Source of the DNA: Ylistrum balloti
Lineage: Eukaryota
Assembly: GCF_031769215.1 (NCBI RefSeq)
Contig: NW_026782199.1
Location: 1,426,001 to 1,490,000 of the forward strand
Direction of reading: 5' to 3'
Length of the DNA stretch: 64,000 bases
The notes below the pieces were generated by a model. That model saw only the letters and a list, made by a program, of their open reading frames with translations. It was not told the origin of the DNA and ran no database searches. Of the stretch, positions 40,301 through 53,500 are shown piece by piece; the first letter of the stretch is position 1, and the number at the start of each line of letters is the position of its first letter. A program made the translations under genes and the position numbers.

Positions 40301-42820
40301 GACAAACCTCAGCAATGTAATGTTATAAAATGTCAACTTGAGTGGTCAATGGCTTACATTGTAGTTTTAATCAGATAAACATTTCTGAATCACCACTTAA
40401 TCAATGCCTTCAATAAATCACTAATCACTTGTAATTTCCTGGGAGTTTTGTGGCGGTTTAATCCCCAATCTGTACCGGTATGAACATTTAATCTAGTTGT
40501 TTTTGATGACTCCTTGACAATCTTAATCATTACATCATATCAGTAGAATTTAGCAAATGATAAGTTATCTCCCCTGAAAATAATATTACCCAAACATACA
40601 TGTATGTACGTACATCGACACTACTAAGTCTATTTATTTTTTCTGTTATTGGAATCACCTATATCATGTCGGAATAAACCATCATTGGCGTATGTAATTG
40701 GGAACACGTGCTTATGTCGTCTCAAATAAACGTCGCCGCAGATTATAACACGTGTAATGTTTGCTATGGAACTGCGTCAAGCTAACCAGGCTTCACTCGG
40801 GTATGGTGTCCCATGATGCGTGTGTTATCATCGTAAACCATTTCCGGTAGTAACATGGATCACATATTGTCAGCTTTAAAACTTGGTTCTGTCACATAAA
40901 ATCGATATTGGATATAACATAAGAGACGTTGCTGCTTTATTTTAAGCTATTCACGAGGTATGCATCTAATTAAATTGATTTCTTTAAATCACATTTAGAT
41001 TATGAACTTAATAAGAATTACAGACTTAAATTCCATGTAAGCTTGCAAAAGTTTGAGTGAAACCTTAGAGCAGGGACGTATATTAACGATGATATATACG
41101 TCCCTGCTTAGAGCATTACTGCGAACCTGCGGAACTGTTGTGACCAAAGGCACGTTAATCCACTTATTCTTCGAACTATTTACTCCAATACAAACAGAAT
41201 CGTCGGGCTTGAATAAAAGGAGATATTGGACATCACAGGTCGTCCATTGGGGATTAAATTGACGTCTTTATCTTCAGACTAGGTAAACACACCTGTGTAA
41301 TAAAATATAAACAAATCGTGGACCTTATGCTGTAGATTCATACGATATATACAACCGTGTTGGGAAGCTTTCGGACATCGTACAGTCTCACACCCTCCCC
41401 GCCACCTACAGTTACGTCATGTCATCTTATACAGTCCAATACTCTTGTGCTGTTCATATTGCGTACCAGGACAGAGACCCCCTCCTCCCACTTTGCATCT
41501 AAAAAAATATATGTCAGATAGAAGAGCTATATAACAAGATTTGTCAAATGATTTAAATGTAACACCTTGTTGACAAAATGCGTCCGGCTAAGCACGAACC
41601 TAGATGATTCTATTTATAGTAACGGCGACCTAAATATTGATTTTAAGTGCGTAAGATTTCTTTAAACTGAAATACATTTTAATTTTAATGGTGAGTGAGT
41701 ACATTAAACCACGGGTACATCTAAGATGTTTCTGGGTAGTATACCATCATGTTTACTATAACTTATCGATGGTACACAAGTCCCTTCGTCCAGAAACATT
41801 GTTAAATGTCCTTGTGCTTCCCCAGGAACAGTGTTACACGCGCCTGTGTATAACTATTATGAACAGAGCCATGGGAGCGAGGTGTGAGATTTCTGGTCAC
41901 GTTGACACATGGTGTCAATTTCGGCCTCGGGACACTTTTTTATCTCTGTCCCGATATCTAACTTTGTTATAGACATATTGTGTTGTGTATCTAAACCTAA
42001 AACACTGAGTTTTGCGTAGAGTTTGGACAAAAGTTTTATGTGTCTTGGTGAGGGTTCGGGCCAAACATCGGTGATAAGTAAGGACACACATTCCGGTCGG
42101 GCTACCCAAATCTTGGAAGCATGCTTTCTGAGCTGGGTGTACACACATTGATTTCAGCAGAGCAGATTTCTTTGTAGATAAAAACTGGAATGACAGACGT
42201 GTCATCCTAAACATCCGCTTCACAACTTAAAATGTCCAAATAAAAGTTACGGATAAAGTAGTGACCTTGAAGGTTCAATGTCATAGTGTCAACATTTCTC
42301 CTGAACATCCTAGTAAGATGCATCATGCAATCACGTGATATCACAGACAGCTTACGAAATACATTAACATAAACAACAGTTGGAGAAACCGAAGACCTGA
42401 ATGACCATAGCCAGGCCAGAGTGACCGGACGACAGGAATTACGTCGGGCTTGTCATGGTCAGCTATCGGAATGCAGAAATTGTCAACTGACGTGTCACAT
42501 AATGTCTGTTTATACGTTTTAGCTGACCACTTGAATGTAACAAGATGGACATTGTTACATTTTTATGAGACCTCACATTCCCCAGTGATGGCCAGTGATG
42601 GTCAGCCACCTGCCGGCCCCTACTTCTACGTAACGTGTTTATCCGGACGTCGCTGTTTGTACCTAAGAGAATACAAAAGGCTCGGGAGTGACTGTTCCAT
42701 AAGAAAGTTAGAATTAGATACAGCAAAATAATGATTTAAGAAATTCGTTATACAGCAGTAATCATGAAAGCGTCGGAGGAAAATCAAAATTGTTGACAAG
42801 AAACATTAAAAACCATATTT

Positions 42821-42860
42821 GGGGTCTGAGGGGTGGGTGTTAAGGGGTTGGGGGATGGGG
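42821..42860 (+). other. G-quadruplex-forming motif
   Basis: Six G3-G5 runs with loops of 5, 1, 6, 2 and 2 nt. Confidence 0.6.
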
Positions 42861-43889
42861 TAGGATGTACTAACCACAAAATATGTAACGCCATGTTTTT
42901 GGTAAGATACTAAAAACATTTATCACTTCTGTCAAAAGTACATCTGGTGACATCTTATGACCAGCACCATGTAGGATGTGATTTTATCAACACTTCTATC
43001 GGTATCGCACCATAACACAAGCGCCCTGTCCTTGTGGTCAGTGTCGTTTTTAACATTCTCTGTTATTTCGCATCATTTTCTCGCCAATTGAATTAAATTA
43101 ACACTTGCATAATTAATTTCTAACACAAAATTTCGTAAAGACATGTTTGCTATCATGCGCAATATTTGTGGTCCATAATATAAATGAGTTTTAAATAATA
43201 CCAGACTCACAAAAATGACCTCCTCCCTTTTTCTACTTGTAAAACTTACTAACAAGATAATATATATATAACACGTTTATCAATTTGATTTTTGATACGA
43301 GATTATTTCCTGTGTTATCATAATTTTTAATTGAAATCTTGACGTACTAGTGTAAGTCTTAAATTGACTGAAGATACCTTGAATCGCGTTACAAAGAATC
43401 GAACTATATTTACTTATTTACAAATCTTCTCAACACGTATTGGCATTTAAAACTTCTTGTATAACTGAAAATATGAAATTATGTATATTTGGTCTTCGTT
43501 TTAGAGATGTTCATAACCGAGAGAAACTTCGTTAAGGAGAACAAAAATGAAACCAAAATAATTTGTGATAAATATAACTCGCCATTGATCGAAAAGTGTT
43601 GTTACAATCATAATACACTCACAATTTATGTAAAAGCAAAACATGTTGGAAATTCGATATCCATCCGTCTTTTTAAACTGTTCAAAGGTCGGTGTTAGGG
43701 ACAGAGGAAGCTGTGTTCAGAGTATCTGGTATTATGCTTAATATAATTATCCGTTGAATATACTATTATCTATTACAATTAAACACTCATCTAAATATAA
43801 ACTACATCGATTAACCGTAGATAGGAGGTCAGGTATGAAATAAAACGTGATATAGATACCCTATTTATTGTCATTACCTCAGGTCCGGA

Positions 43890-44241
43890 TATAGATATAA
43901 ATCAATCAGCTGTGTCCTATAAATGGGCTTATCTCTGGCGACTATTAGCTGGATAATAATATCGTCATAATTGAATGAATCACTGGTTTTACGGTAGTGG
44001 GCGACCTGCTTGTTGAGCTAACTTTCCTACTTGACTGACCGCCACTTACGGCCACAGTAGCTGCACAGCGTGTATTCGTTGTAATTGTGCTGACGCGCTT
44101 CACTGACTCCGCTCTACCTGTGTACTGTCTATAAATGGAATCGCCCGATGAGCCGGTGCATAGATTTCTCGCCCAGGTGAAAAAAAGGATTTCACAGTCA
44201 GAAAATGGAGGATAGTGGACACACTGGTCACATGTGAGGTT
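43890..44241 (+). promoter_or_regulatory. Candidate promoter and non-coding first exon of the hillarin-like gene
   Basis: TATAAA at about 43896 and 43918, a CpG-rich stretch, donor GTT|GTAAGT at 44241/44242, and acceptor TGTTTAG just before the ATG at 44598. Confidence 0.35.
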
Positions 44242-44597
44242 GTAAGTTGCCTTATATATGTATATTACTATCAGCAGCATTTTAAATTAGGTCCACATCC
44301 CGGGAACTCTACATACCTGTGTGTATTGACTTTGCAATTTACCTGTGGGAACATTACGAAGGTAGGGAGACCGTCGTTCAGGTAGAACGCTACGTAAATG
44401 TGTATAGAGCTATATGTAGTACTGTTTATACTAGAGTTCGGAAAGAAGAGAGTCTTCCAAAGTATGGTCTGGTGTCTTAGTGTATATGAAAGCAGTGCTT
44501 TACGACGTACAGAAATATACATGTGAATCTACATTAGGATTATAGTCCCACATATTGCTTGTGTATTTGTGAATACGATTTGTTTAGATAAGAAATA

Positions 44598-47500
44598 ATG
44601 GCGACTGCCTCCGACGACAGGCGTGCTGCGGAGAGAGGGTACCAGAGTCTCTCGTCTCTGTTCCGACCCCTCCCTGACAGTTCCAACGACTGCTATAGAT
44701 GCAGCAGAAAGGTCTACATGCAAGAGAAAATTGGTCCCGTTCACGATGTAGTGTTTCATAAAAATTGTTTCAAATGTTTCGTGTGTGGCCAGTTTCTAAA
44801 CATCCGGAGTTACTGGTCCAATGCCACAGATTCAGGAGACAAGGAGGTGTATTGTAACACCCATGCTCCCAGGATCGGAGCACCAAAGTTGGGACCAGGG
44901 GCCCTCGGGATTAAAAACGCAATGGATGCCCAAAAGGGTTACCAGAAAATGTCTAAAAAGTTGAAGCCCGAGGTCCGGGAAGCTGGAACATTACGTATCC
45001 CCAGTTACGGGATGCAGGCTGTTGAGGTCCAAAGGGCCGTTTCTGTACCAAAAACGCAAAAAGTCACGTCGCCTGACCAGTCCGGCCCACAGTTCGGCAA
45101 AGACGCTCTCCACATCAAAGGGCCTATCGACGCTCAGTTACTGATGAAGGGTAACCAGCTGCTTCACGAAAAACATCACTACCCTCCCAACATAGTAAGT
45201 ATCTTAACAATGTACACTGGTGAACAACCCCCCACCCCCACCCCCACCCCCATCCCCCCACCTACACACAGTGTAGTAGGTATTTTAATCATATGAACAT
45301 CAACCCCAATATAGTAAGTATCTTAACGGACACTGGTGATTACCTCCCCCCACCCCACCCCCACCCTCACAGTGTAGTAGGTATCTTAACCATGTATACT
45401 GGTGAACAACCACCCCCCCTCCCCAGTAAAGTAGGTATCTGCACATTTACACTGATGAACAGTAACCCCCTCCCAATACCGTAAGTATTCAACTACGTAC
45501 ACTGATGTACTCCAACCCCTACCAACATAGTATCTCATCAACGTACATTAGTGAACACCAGCCCCCTCCCGACATAGTAAATATATTAACTTTGAAAAAA
45601 GAAATCAGTGTAATTAATGTACTATGTTCCTATATATACGGTCATAAAGACGGATATTGATATCACATTGTATTTTTTGACTTCGCAGTATAGTATTTTC
45701 CTGTCTTGTGAACCAGATCTTGGCCGAAATCGGATACATGAAGAACGCCACCAATACTTTTCAATCCTTTATAGTTTAGTGCATATGTGGTTTTCATGTA
45801 CCGTAAATACATCACCAAGAATCGTACAATTGGAGCGTGTCGGCATGATCACGGGTGGAGAACGTTGAATCATGTCCATTATACAATGTAAAAATCTATA
45901 TTTATAAAACTTGTTCTACTGCCTGTTTTTAACGGCCAAGACTTCAGTACAAGTGTGTTGTATTCAATTTCGTATGTAAACAGTAATACAGGGGTTTGCA
46001 CTGAACTCTAACGAACCTACATAAACCAAAGGTGTTGTGTTATGATCGTTATTTTTGTGTATTACGGAGACAATAACAGTTAAAACGACACCCTCGAGGA
46101 CTGTCCACGTAATCTCCAATCGAGAGTACGTGTGCCATCACCATCAAATATTTGATTACGAACGACTTGACCCATGGCTATGTAAGTGGGTATTTAAAAG
46201 TGTATGATTACCATAACTCGACATTTTAACACCCGTCTATATTGACCAATACATCCGTGAAGGTTTTACCAGGTATTCAACACCCACGCTTCTATAAACC
46301 TGTATTAATCACCTAACTAATGCTGCTGGCACATACGTGTAAGGTAATAGGAATACATTATTTGTTGTTAACCAACAACAATAAAGGTTTTGGAGTCTTT
46401 GTACTCCATATTCATAACCATGTAATAATGATTAGTCACGAACTGCTACCAATGCCCATGACATTTGAACCTTTGAACCCAATGTAAGACACATATACCT
46501 AACGAACACTGTTTTGACTTGTGAACACTTGCTTGAATCTTAAAACATAGATTGGACATATTGACAAAACAAACTACGCGTGTTAACGTATTAAACATAT
46601 AATAGACAGCTATTCTATAATCACTGGGATTTAAAGATCGGTGACCTTGACACCCAATCACATGAACTTGCGATAGATTATCTCGCACAAAAACTGCCGC
46701 GAGTTTTATATTTTCTTATTTTCGGAATCGGAGGGGGGCCAGGAGAAATAATTGAAGGTGACAATATTTCAAAAATTGACTTTATGACGTAGTACACATC
46801 ATTTGTGTATCTTGTGTTGTCATGTTTTATTCATCCATGTAGATTATCGATCGTATTCCATGCATACACACGTTTACAACTGGCGGGTAGGTGGCTGATT
46901 TAGAGTTAAACAAAACCCAAGGAAATAAAGAAGACAAACCTGTTCGTACCTATACCTCACGTCTGGCGTGAAAAGCATAGAGCACTTAAATGTCTCGGCT
47001 AGATCTTTTCTATGGAAAAGCTCATTATCATACAAGTAGGAGATAACTTCGACACATTTGTGTAAACAATGATAATGCATATGTTACGGTAATAAATACA
47101 CGTGTCTAGATGTAAAAGATACAATTTATAGACACGTATAGTGGTAAATGCACGTATAGCTTCAGTAGATACACGTATAGTGGTAAATACACGCATAAGT
47201 TCAATAGTTATACGCATAGTGATAAATACACGCATAACTTCGATACACGTATAGTGGTAAATACACGCATATCTTCAATAGATACACGTATAGTGGTAAA
47301 CACACGTATAGCTTCAATAGATACACGTATAGTGATAAATACACACATAGCTTCAATAGATACACATAAAGTGGTGAATACACGCATAGCTTCAATAGAT
47401 ACACGTAGAGTGGTAAAAAACATAAAGCTTCAGTCGATACACGTATAGTGGTAAGTCGCACTTACAACTTCAATAGATACATGTGTAGTGGTAATATTTA

Positions 47501-50500
47501 TACACAAAGATAATAGATACACGTGTTGTGGTAAGATTCACTAAGTTTCATTAGATACACGTGTTGTGGTAAGATTCACTTACAGCTTCATTAGATACAC
47601 GTGTTGTGGTAAGATTCACTTACAGCTTCATTAGATACACGTGTTGTGGTAAGATTCACTTACAGCTTCATTAGATACACGTGTTGTGGTAAGATTCACT
47701 AAGTTTCATTAGATACACGTGTTGTGGTAAGATTCACTTACAGCTTCATTAGATACGTGTTGTGGTAAGATTCACTTACAGCTTCATTAGATACACGTGT
47801 TGTGGTAAGATTCACTTACAGTTTCATTAGATACACGTGTTGTGGTAAGATTCACTTACAGTTTCATTAGATACACGTGTTGTGGTAAGATTCACTTACA
47901 GCTTCATTAGATACACGTGTTGTGGCAAGATTCACTTACAGCTTCATTAGATACGTGTTGTGGTAAGATTCACTTACAGTTACATTAGATACACGTGTTG
48001 TGGTAAGGTGCATCTATAGCTTTAACACAATCACATGTAGTGGTAATAGATACAGTGATATATATATACACACGTGACAAGACAAATTTGTAGAAGCAAC
48101 ATATACACGGGTAATGGTATTCCGACAACAATGGTAGGATATACCATTGTTTTACACTTATATCCTGGTTGAGTGCTCAATTATAATTGGCTGATATGGC
48201 TAATGGGTTCGAAAAAAATATATACTCATTCATTATTTCAAAATGTTCCCAACCATGATTTTAACATCCTGATCCGTGATTCAGTAACTCCATCCCACTC
48301 AATCATGTACCTCGTGTAACACGCGCATAGTTTGTCCTTAACATTCTCTATATTCCGTTTCCACATATTTCACAGAAAAAAGACCGCGTTCGCTGCAAAT
48401 GAATGATAATTAGAAAATCGCCATTTCGCGTCGTGGAGTGAGATTATTTTGTTCTGTCTCTACAAAAAGACGACAATTATAGCCCATTTCCCTCGAAATA
48501 ATGAAATGACAAATGGCAGTCACCGAACCTTAGTGACGTCAGTCCAATAGAGACGTTACCATGGTCGCAACATATTTCAATATTTATCACGATTTCGGTC
48601 CATTTCACCATAACTTTGACTATAATCGCTCGCTCCGAATTTTTTGTTGTAAACTGCGACCAACCAACATTTTAGATCTTGCTATAACTGGTAAGTTTTA
48701 GCGGATTGTGCCTGTAGTTACCTCCCTGGTAGTCCATATCTGATCTTAGTCAGCATACAATTATATCTGCAAAAAACCAGCAGATCAGCCTCATTTCAAT
48801 TTAGATACAAAACATCACCGATACATTTGAGCATTTTCTATACCGGGTAAGACTACGTGGTGTGTGAAATAGTAGTGTAAAATAGCTGATTGTCAACGAC
48901 TGTTTAAAGTATACTCACAAAAATGTACGGACTAGAAAATAGAACGAAACAGCAAAATCATCTTGTTAATAATTACTTTAATTTGATTTAGATATGGTGT
49001 AGGATAATCGTACATTAGCCATAGTCCATGAGATGACTATTAAACTATAATCCAAGATTACCCAGATATATTTTACTTTCAGTAAGATTTGATGATAAAT
49101 GTCACAAACCCAGTTACTCTTACTAACATGTCCTCGAATGCTGTTTGCTTACGTCATGTTACCCGTGGCCTTACCCAAACCTAAGTACCCTTATCTCTTT
49201 AATGTTGTCCTCGATATACTCTGTCCACATTACGCCGACCTGTCCGGTATCTAGGCAGACCCATATATCGATGTAAGGGATCGCACAACCAGTAGACAGG
49301 ACCGCTATCTTGTAAACTTTTCATTTCGAAATCGATCATACTTAAACTACCATTATCTGTCCATTTCTCTGAACTCACTGAAATTTCACCACGCGGTAAA
49401 TGATTGAATTAGAGATCGAATAATTTAATTTCGATCTGCAACATCAACAGGTACGCAAACTATTTTTGCAATTACATAAGTAAGGTCTATCTCGTTAGTG
49501 GGAACGTTAATGTCGAAACTGGAAAAAGTACAAAATATAGATGTGTATATATATATATATATATATAGTTCACGTACTACGGATATCGGTTTTAATCCAA
49601 AAAGTTTGTCATTTTAAATCACCGTTCATATGCTTACATTCCTCAAAATTAACATAACCATCTGTAGAGTTCTGAGTAGCCGTGTTGGAATTGACCTACA
49701 CTTTATAGTATGTCTGATTATATGAAGTACATGTTTATAATACTCCTTTACTTTGTTCTATTCTTTTTCGTCGTCTAGAACACGTGTTGCGTTGTTGTCT
49801 TCTGATACAGGCGAGACTATAAAAGGAACCAAAGACGGTGTAACTTTACAACATTACGTGGATTTATATAAAGTAAACACAAGGTCTTACAGCCCCTAAA
49901 TTAATGTGACAAAATGCAAATTACATCAGAATACGATACGTTAATGGTCTTGGTTGGTAACAACTTCATTTATTTGTGGGTTAATGTCTTGTGTATAATA
50001 AGCATTCGGGGTCAAGTATGTCGCATTGTCTCCATAATGAATGCTGCGTGGATTAGATTTTGTGTTTGGAGAATGTTTAGTTGACGTAAATGAGGTAAAG
50101 GTTGTTGCGTTGATTATTAGCATTCGTGGTTTAAGTAAAATATTCTTTGAAGGCATGCATGAATTTAAACGTAATAAATAATGCATAACGGAATGTAAAA
50201 ATCCGGAACTTACAAGTACATGTTCAATTAAAGCCATCCTCATGTTCATTTGTAGATATGCATCTATGACTGAAAAATGCTTTCGAACAGTTTTACGTTG
50301 GACGTTAACACGAAATGAAATCTGATATCTCGACGGTGACTTATAGTCTCGTTAAACCTTGTCGTTCTCTCCAATTGTTCTTTCATCAAGTCGTCTTGGT
50401 TTCTTCGGCTCCCGAGGTTATGTAGACTCAACTGATTCATTTACAAGCTTATGACGCACTCTTTGAGAATTGATTTGAAAATTCCTCCTAAATCGGCATT

Positions 50501-53500
50501 CTAGCGTGAGAACAAAGACAAAGAAAATTGCTACATTTTCACAGAATCTTAATTCAATCAAAAACTCGAGAAACTTTGTCCAAATAAGAAAAAAAGGAAA
50601 ACTTACACGGAGATTGATAGAAAATACAAGAATCGCGGTAGTCCGGAAGGGTAAGCGTTTTGTAGCCAAAATAGATAAATACAGCTTTGTTGTTTTTTAT
50701 TGTTTAAAATCAAAATCAGACAAACGTTGGAGAGGAAATCGTGACTACGATTGTTTTTATTACCAGGACATAAATCAAGTTTAACAAAGGCCCAAATTTC
50801 TTTACGTTTCTTGACAACAAATTACACGGAGAAGTTAATGCATTGATATTAGTGACACGTGTAACTGAACGTGTGCAAATTACCTAACACCTGTGTATAT
50901 AGAAAGGGCGTGTTCTGTATGTCATGGTCTACGGGATGGATATACCTATATCTACATACCAAATGACTGTAATCCAAAAATATCATGCTTCCGTGGAATT
51001 TAGACATCATATATGATATTTTTATTTGAATATACTAGTTACGACACTGCTTGGTTACCAAGGCTCATTTGGATGTTAACGAAGAGAAAATACCATATTG
51101 AATAGTAAATTATGAAATGCACATTTGTAATTCATTGTGTTATGATATAATGAAACCGGAGTTTAACTGATGTTTTCAAAGAAGTCAATTGTAGGCAATA
51201 TAAACCACAGGGATGTTGGTATGAAGAACATTCATTTCAGGATATGATGTAATACGACAAGTTACAAGAATATATATAAAATGGGCTTATACATGTAATG
51301 TGCCCATGTGTCCGGACTCATTTTGACGAAGCAGGACGGGTTTTGATCTAGACATTGCTTTTTACATGGCACTATCCGGTCTATGTACACGCGTTTGTAC
51401 ATCGCAGGAAGGTACATTAATGTTTCAGTGTAAGCTTCTGCAACCTGTCATGTTCATTTTCAAGAGAAGGCGATTCAACTGAATACAATTATCAGTTACG
51501 TCATATTGTGTTGACAGCTTACGTCATAATTTACATCTACACCGATGTCTCGCACGTGTCCACGAGATACAGGTACAATGGTCTAACAGTGGTCAGGAAG
51601 GACATTGTAAATATGAAGTATCACTGCTGTTTATATGTCTGGGAATAATTGTACCAAAAGGCACACGGGACTTGTATCGGGTAAAACAAATAATAAATAG
51701 AACAGTATCGTACATTTGTTTAGTTCTTCAATGACCAATCAGTGATGCTAAAGTGTTGAAGTAAAGGAGGCGACTGAGGATAATATGAATTGGTAGCAAG
51801 GTATCAAAATCTAGACTAGGCGGTGGACTTGCCGCCATATTCAATTTCATCTGATTTTCAAATATAGGATTATAACTCCTAAATCGTATGATAGTTTTGT
51901 TGAGAAATTAGGTCACCAGTTTACTTCTTACAGTCTTTTATCTAATTGCAAAACGGCAAGTTTTATTTCATGTCAAACTGTTGCAGTTGTGTGAATTGAT
52001 GTTGTCGATAGACAGCACCAGGTGCTTCAACTCGCGTGCAATCCAGTACGTCTACACATGCTATAACTTACCAACCCTACACATGTAGGTATTAAACGTC
52101 ATTTCAGATGAAATACTATTCGATGTAAAACTGAGGCGTTGATTGATTTTAAGTTATTGATTTCTGAAACCTGACAAGATGCATACCATTCCATATTAGT
52201 AATTATATCGTCGTAAAAGTCCGCATATGAGAAATATGGCCTTGACAACATAGTCGCTCGATATACTTTCGGTGACAATTACTTGAATAATTCATTGCCA
52301 CATCGTGTGATGATAGGAAAGAAACTTTCCCTACATATTCGTCTGTATGTAGTTGCTTTTACGTCGACGGGTTTATGTGCCTCAAACAGGCCCTTGTTCT
52401 ATATATTCCAATCAGTACATATTCTAATTTCATCTGTTCGATATTCCTTTACCACTGTCTCGGTTAATACCGCTAGGAATACTAACTGGAACCATCGCGT
52501 CTAATTCTTATGAATGTTTTTTCCAGTTCCAAAGTTTCACAAATTGATGCAAATATGAGTTTTGTGTACCTATTTCAATATTTCCTGATTTCTATTTCCT
52601 TTCTATCCCTTCTGTATGTGTGATTCTGTTTAATTTTCCCGGCAACATTCTACACACACTTCCGGTTGTTGGTAAATAGGTGTTAAAATACTTATGATTG
52701 TTGCATGCTAGTCTTTAGACACGATCTGTTATTTCAGAGTACCTACCAGTCTGGTTGCTATACAGTTGCTCACATTCTCTTCCGGTTGTTATTATATTGA
52801 CTTGCAAACGCTTCCGGTTGATATTATATTGACTTACAAACGCTTCCGGTTGTTACATAGTAGTTTACACCTCTTCCGGTTGCTATGTAGTAGCTTATTT
52901 TTACATTTTTATTCTGTTGTTTTGGAGGTGAAAGGCGGTTAATCAAGAACGTAGTAATTAAGTCGACTAGTCTGTGAAGGTCACCTTTGCCCAGATTGCG
53001 TGTTAAAAGCAGTCTGATATTGGTCCCGATCCAAATTTGGAAACAAAGGATTGGGAGGCTCCTCGGATAACTATCCGTTAGTGAATGCATTACATTTGAA
53101 ATATGTCCTGAATGTGTCGGTTTCCAACACAACTACCTTCGTACAACGCGGTACGTTATATATATTGACTCGGGTTTGTGTGGTTACGTATTTTTACAAG
53201 AGGTTGGATAAAGAGATGTTTAGAATCACCGACTAGGTGGTAATGTGTCTATAACGTGCAGTTTGACCTTCATGCAAACAACTTTACAAACCTGTCAGAC
53301 AAGTTTAGATGTTGCTCGTTTTATTTCCATTGACATACCGAGTTATTAGTGGTGGTGCGCTTTGACATTTATTCTTAAAACGTTTGGGCTCCGAAGGGAA
53401 ATTGAAGTCAATGTCGATTCAGGATTACCGTAAGCAAAGTCTGAGTTTAGTTTAAATTTGACTTAAGTAAGTGTTAAATACGTACTTTATATAATATTGC

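Noticed and set aside
49941-50249. 102-aa minus-strand ORF, and other 60-110-aa ORFs in 38-57 kb
   Set aside because: No recognisable domain or splice context; the lengths are compatible with chance.
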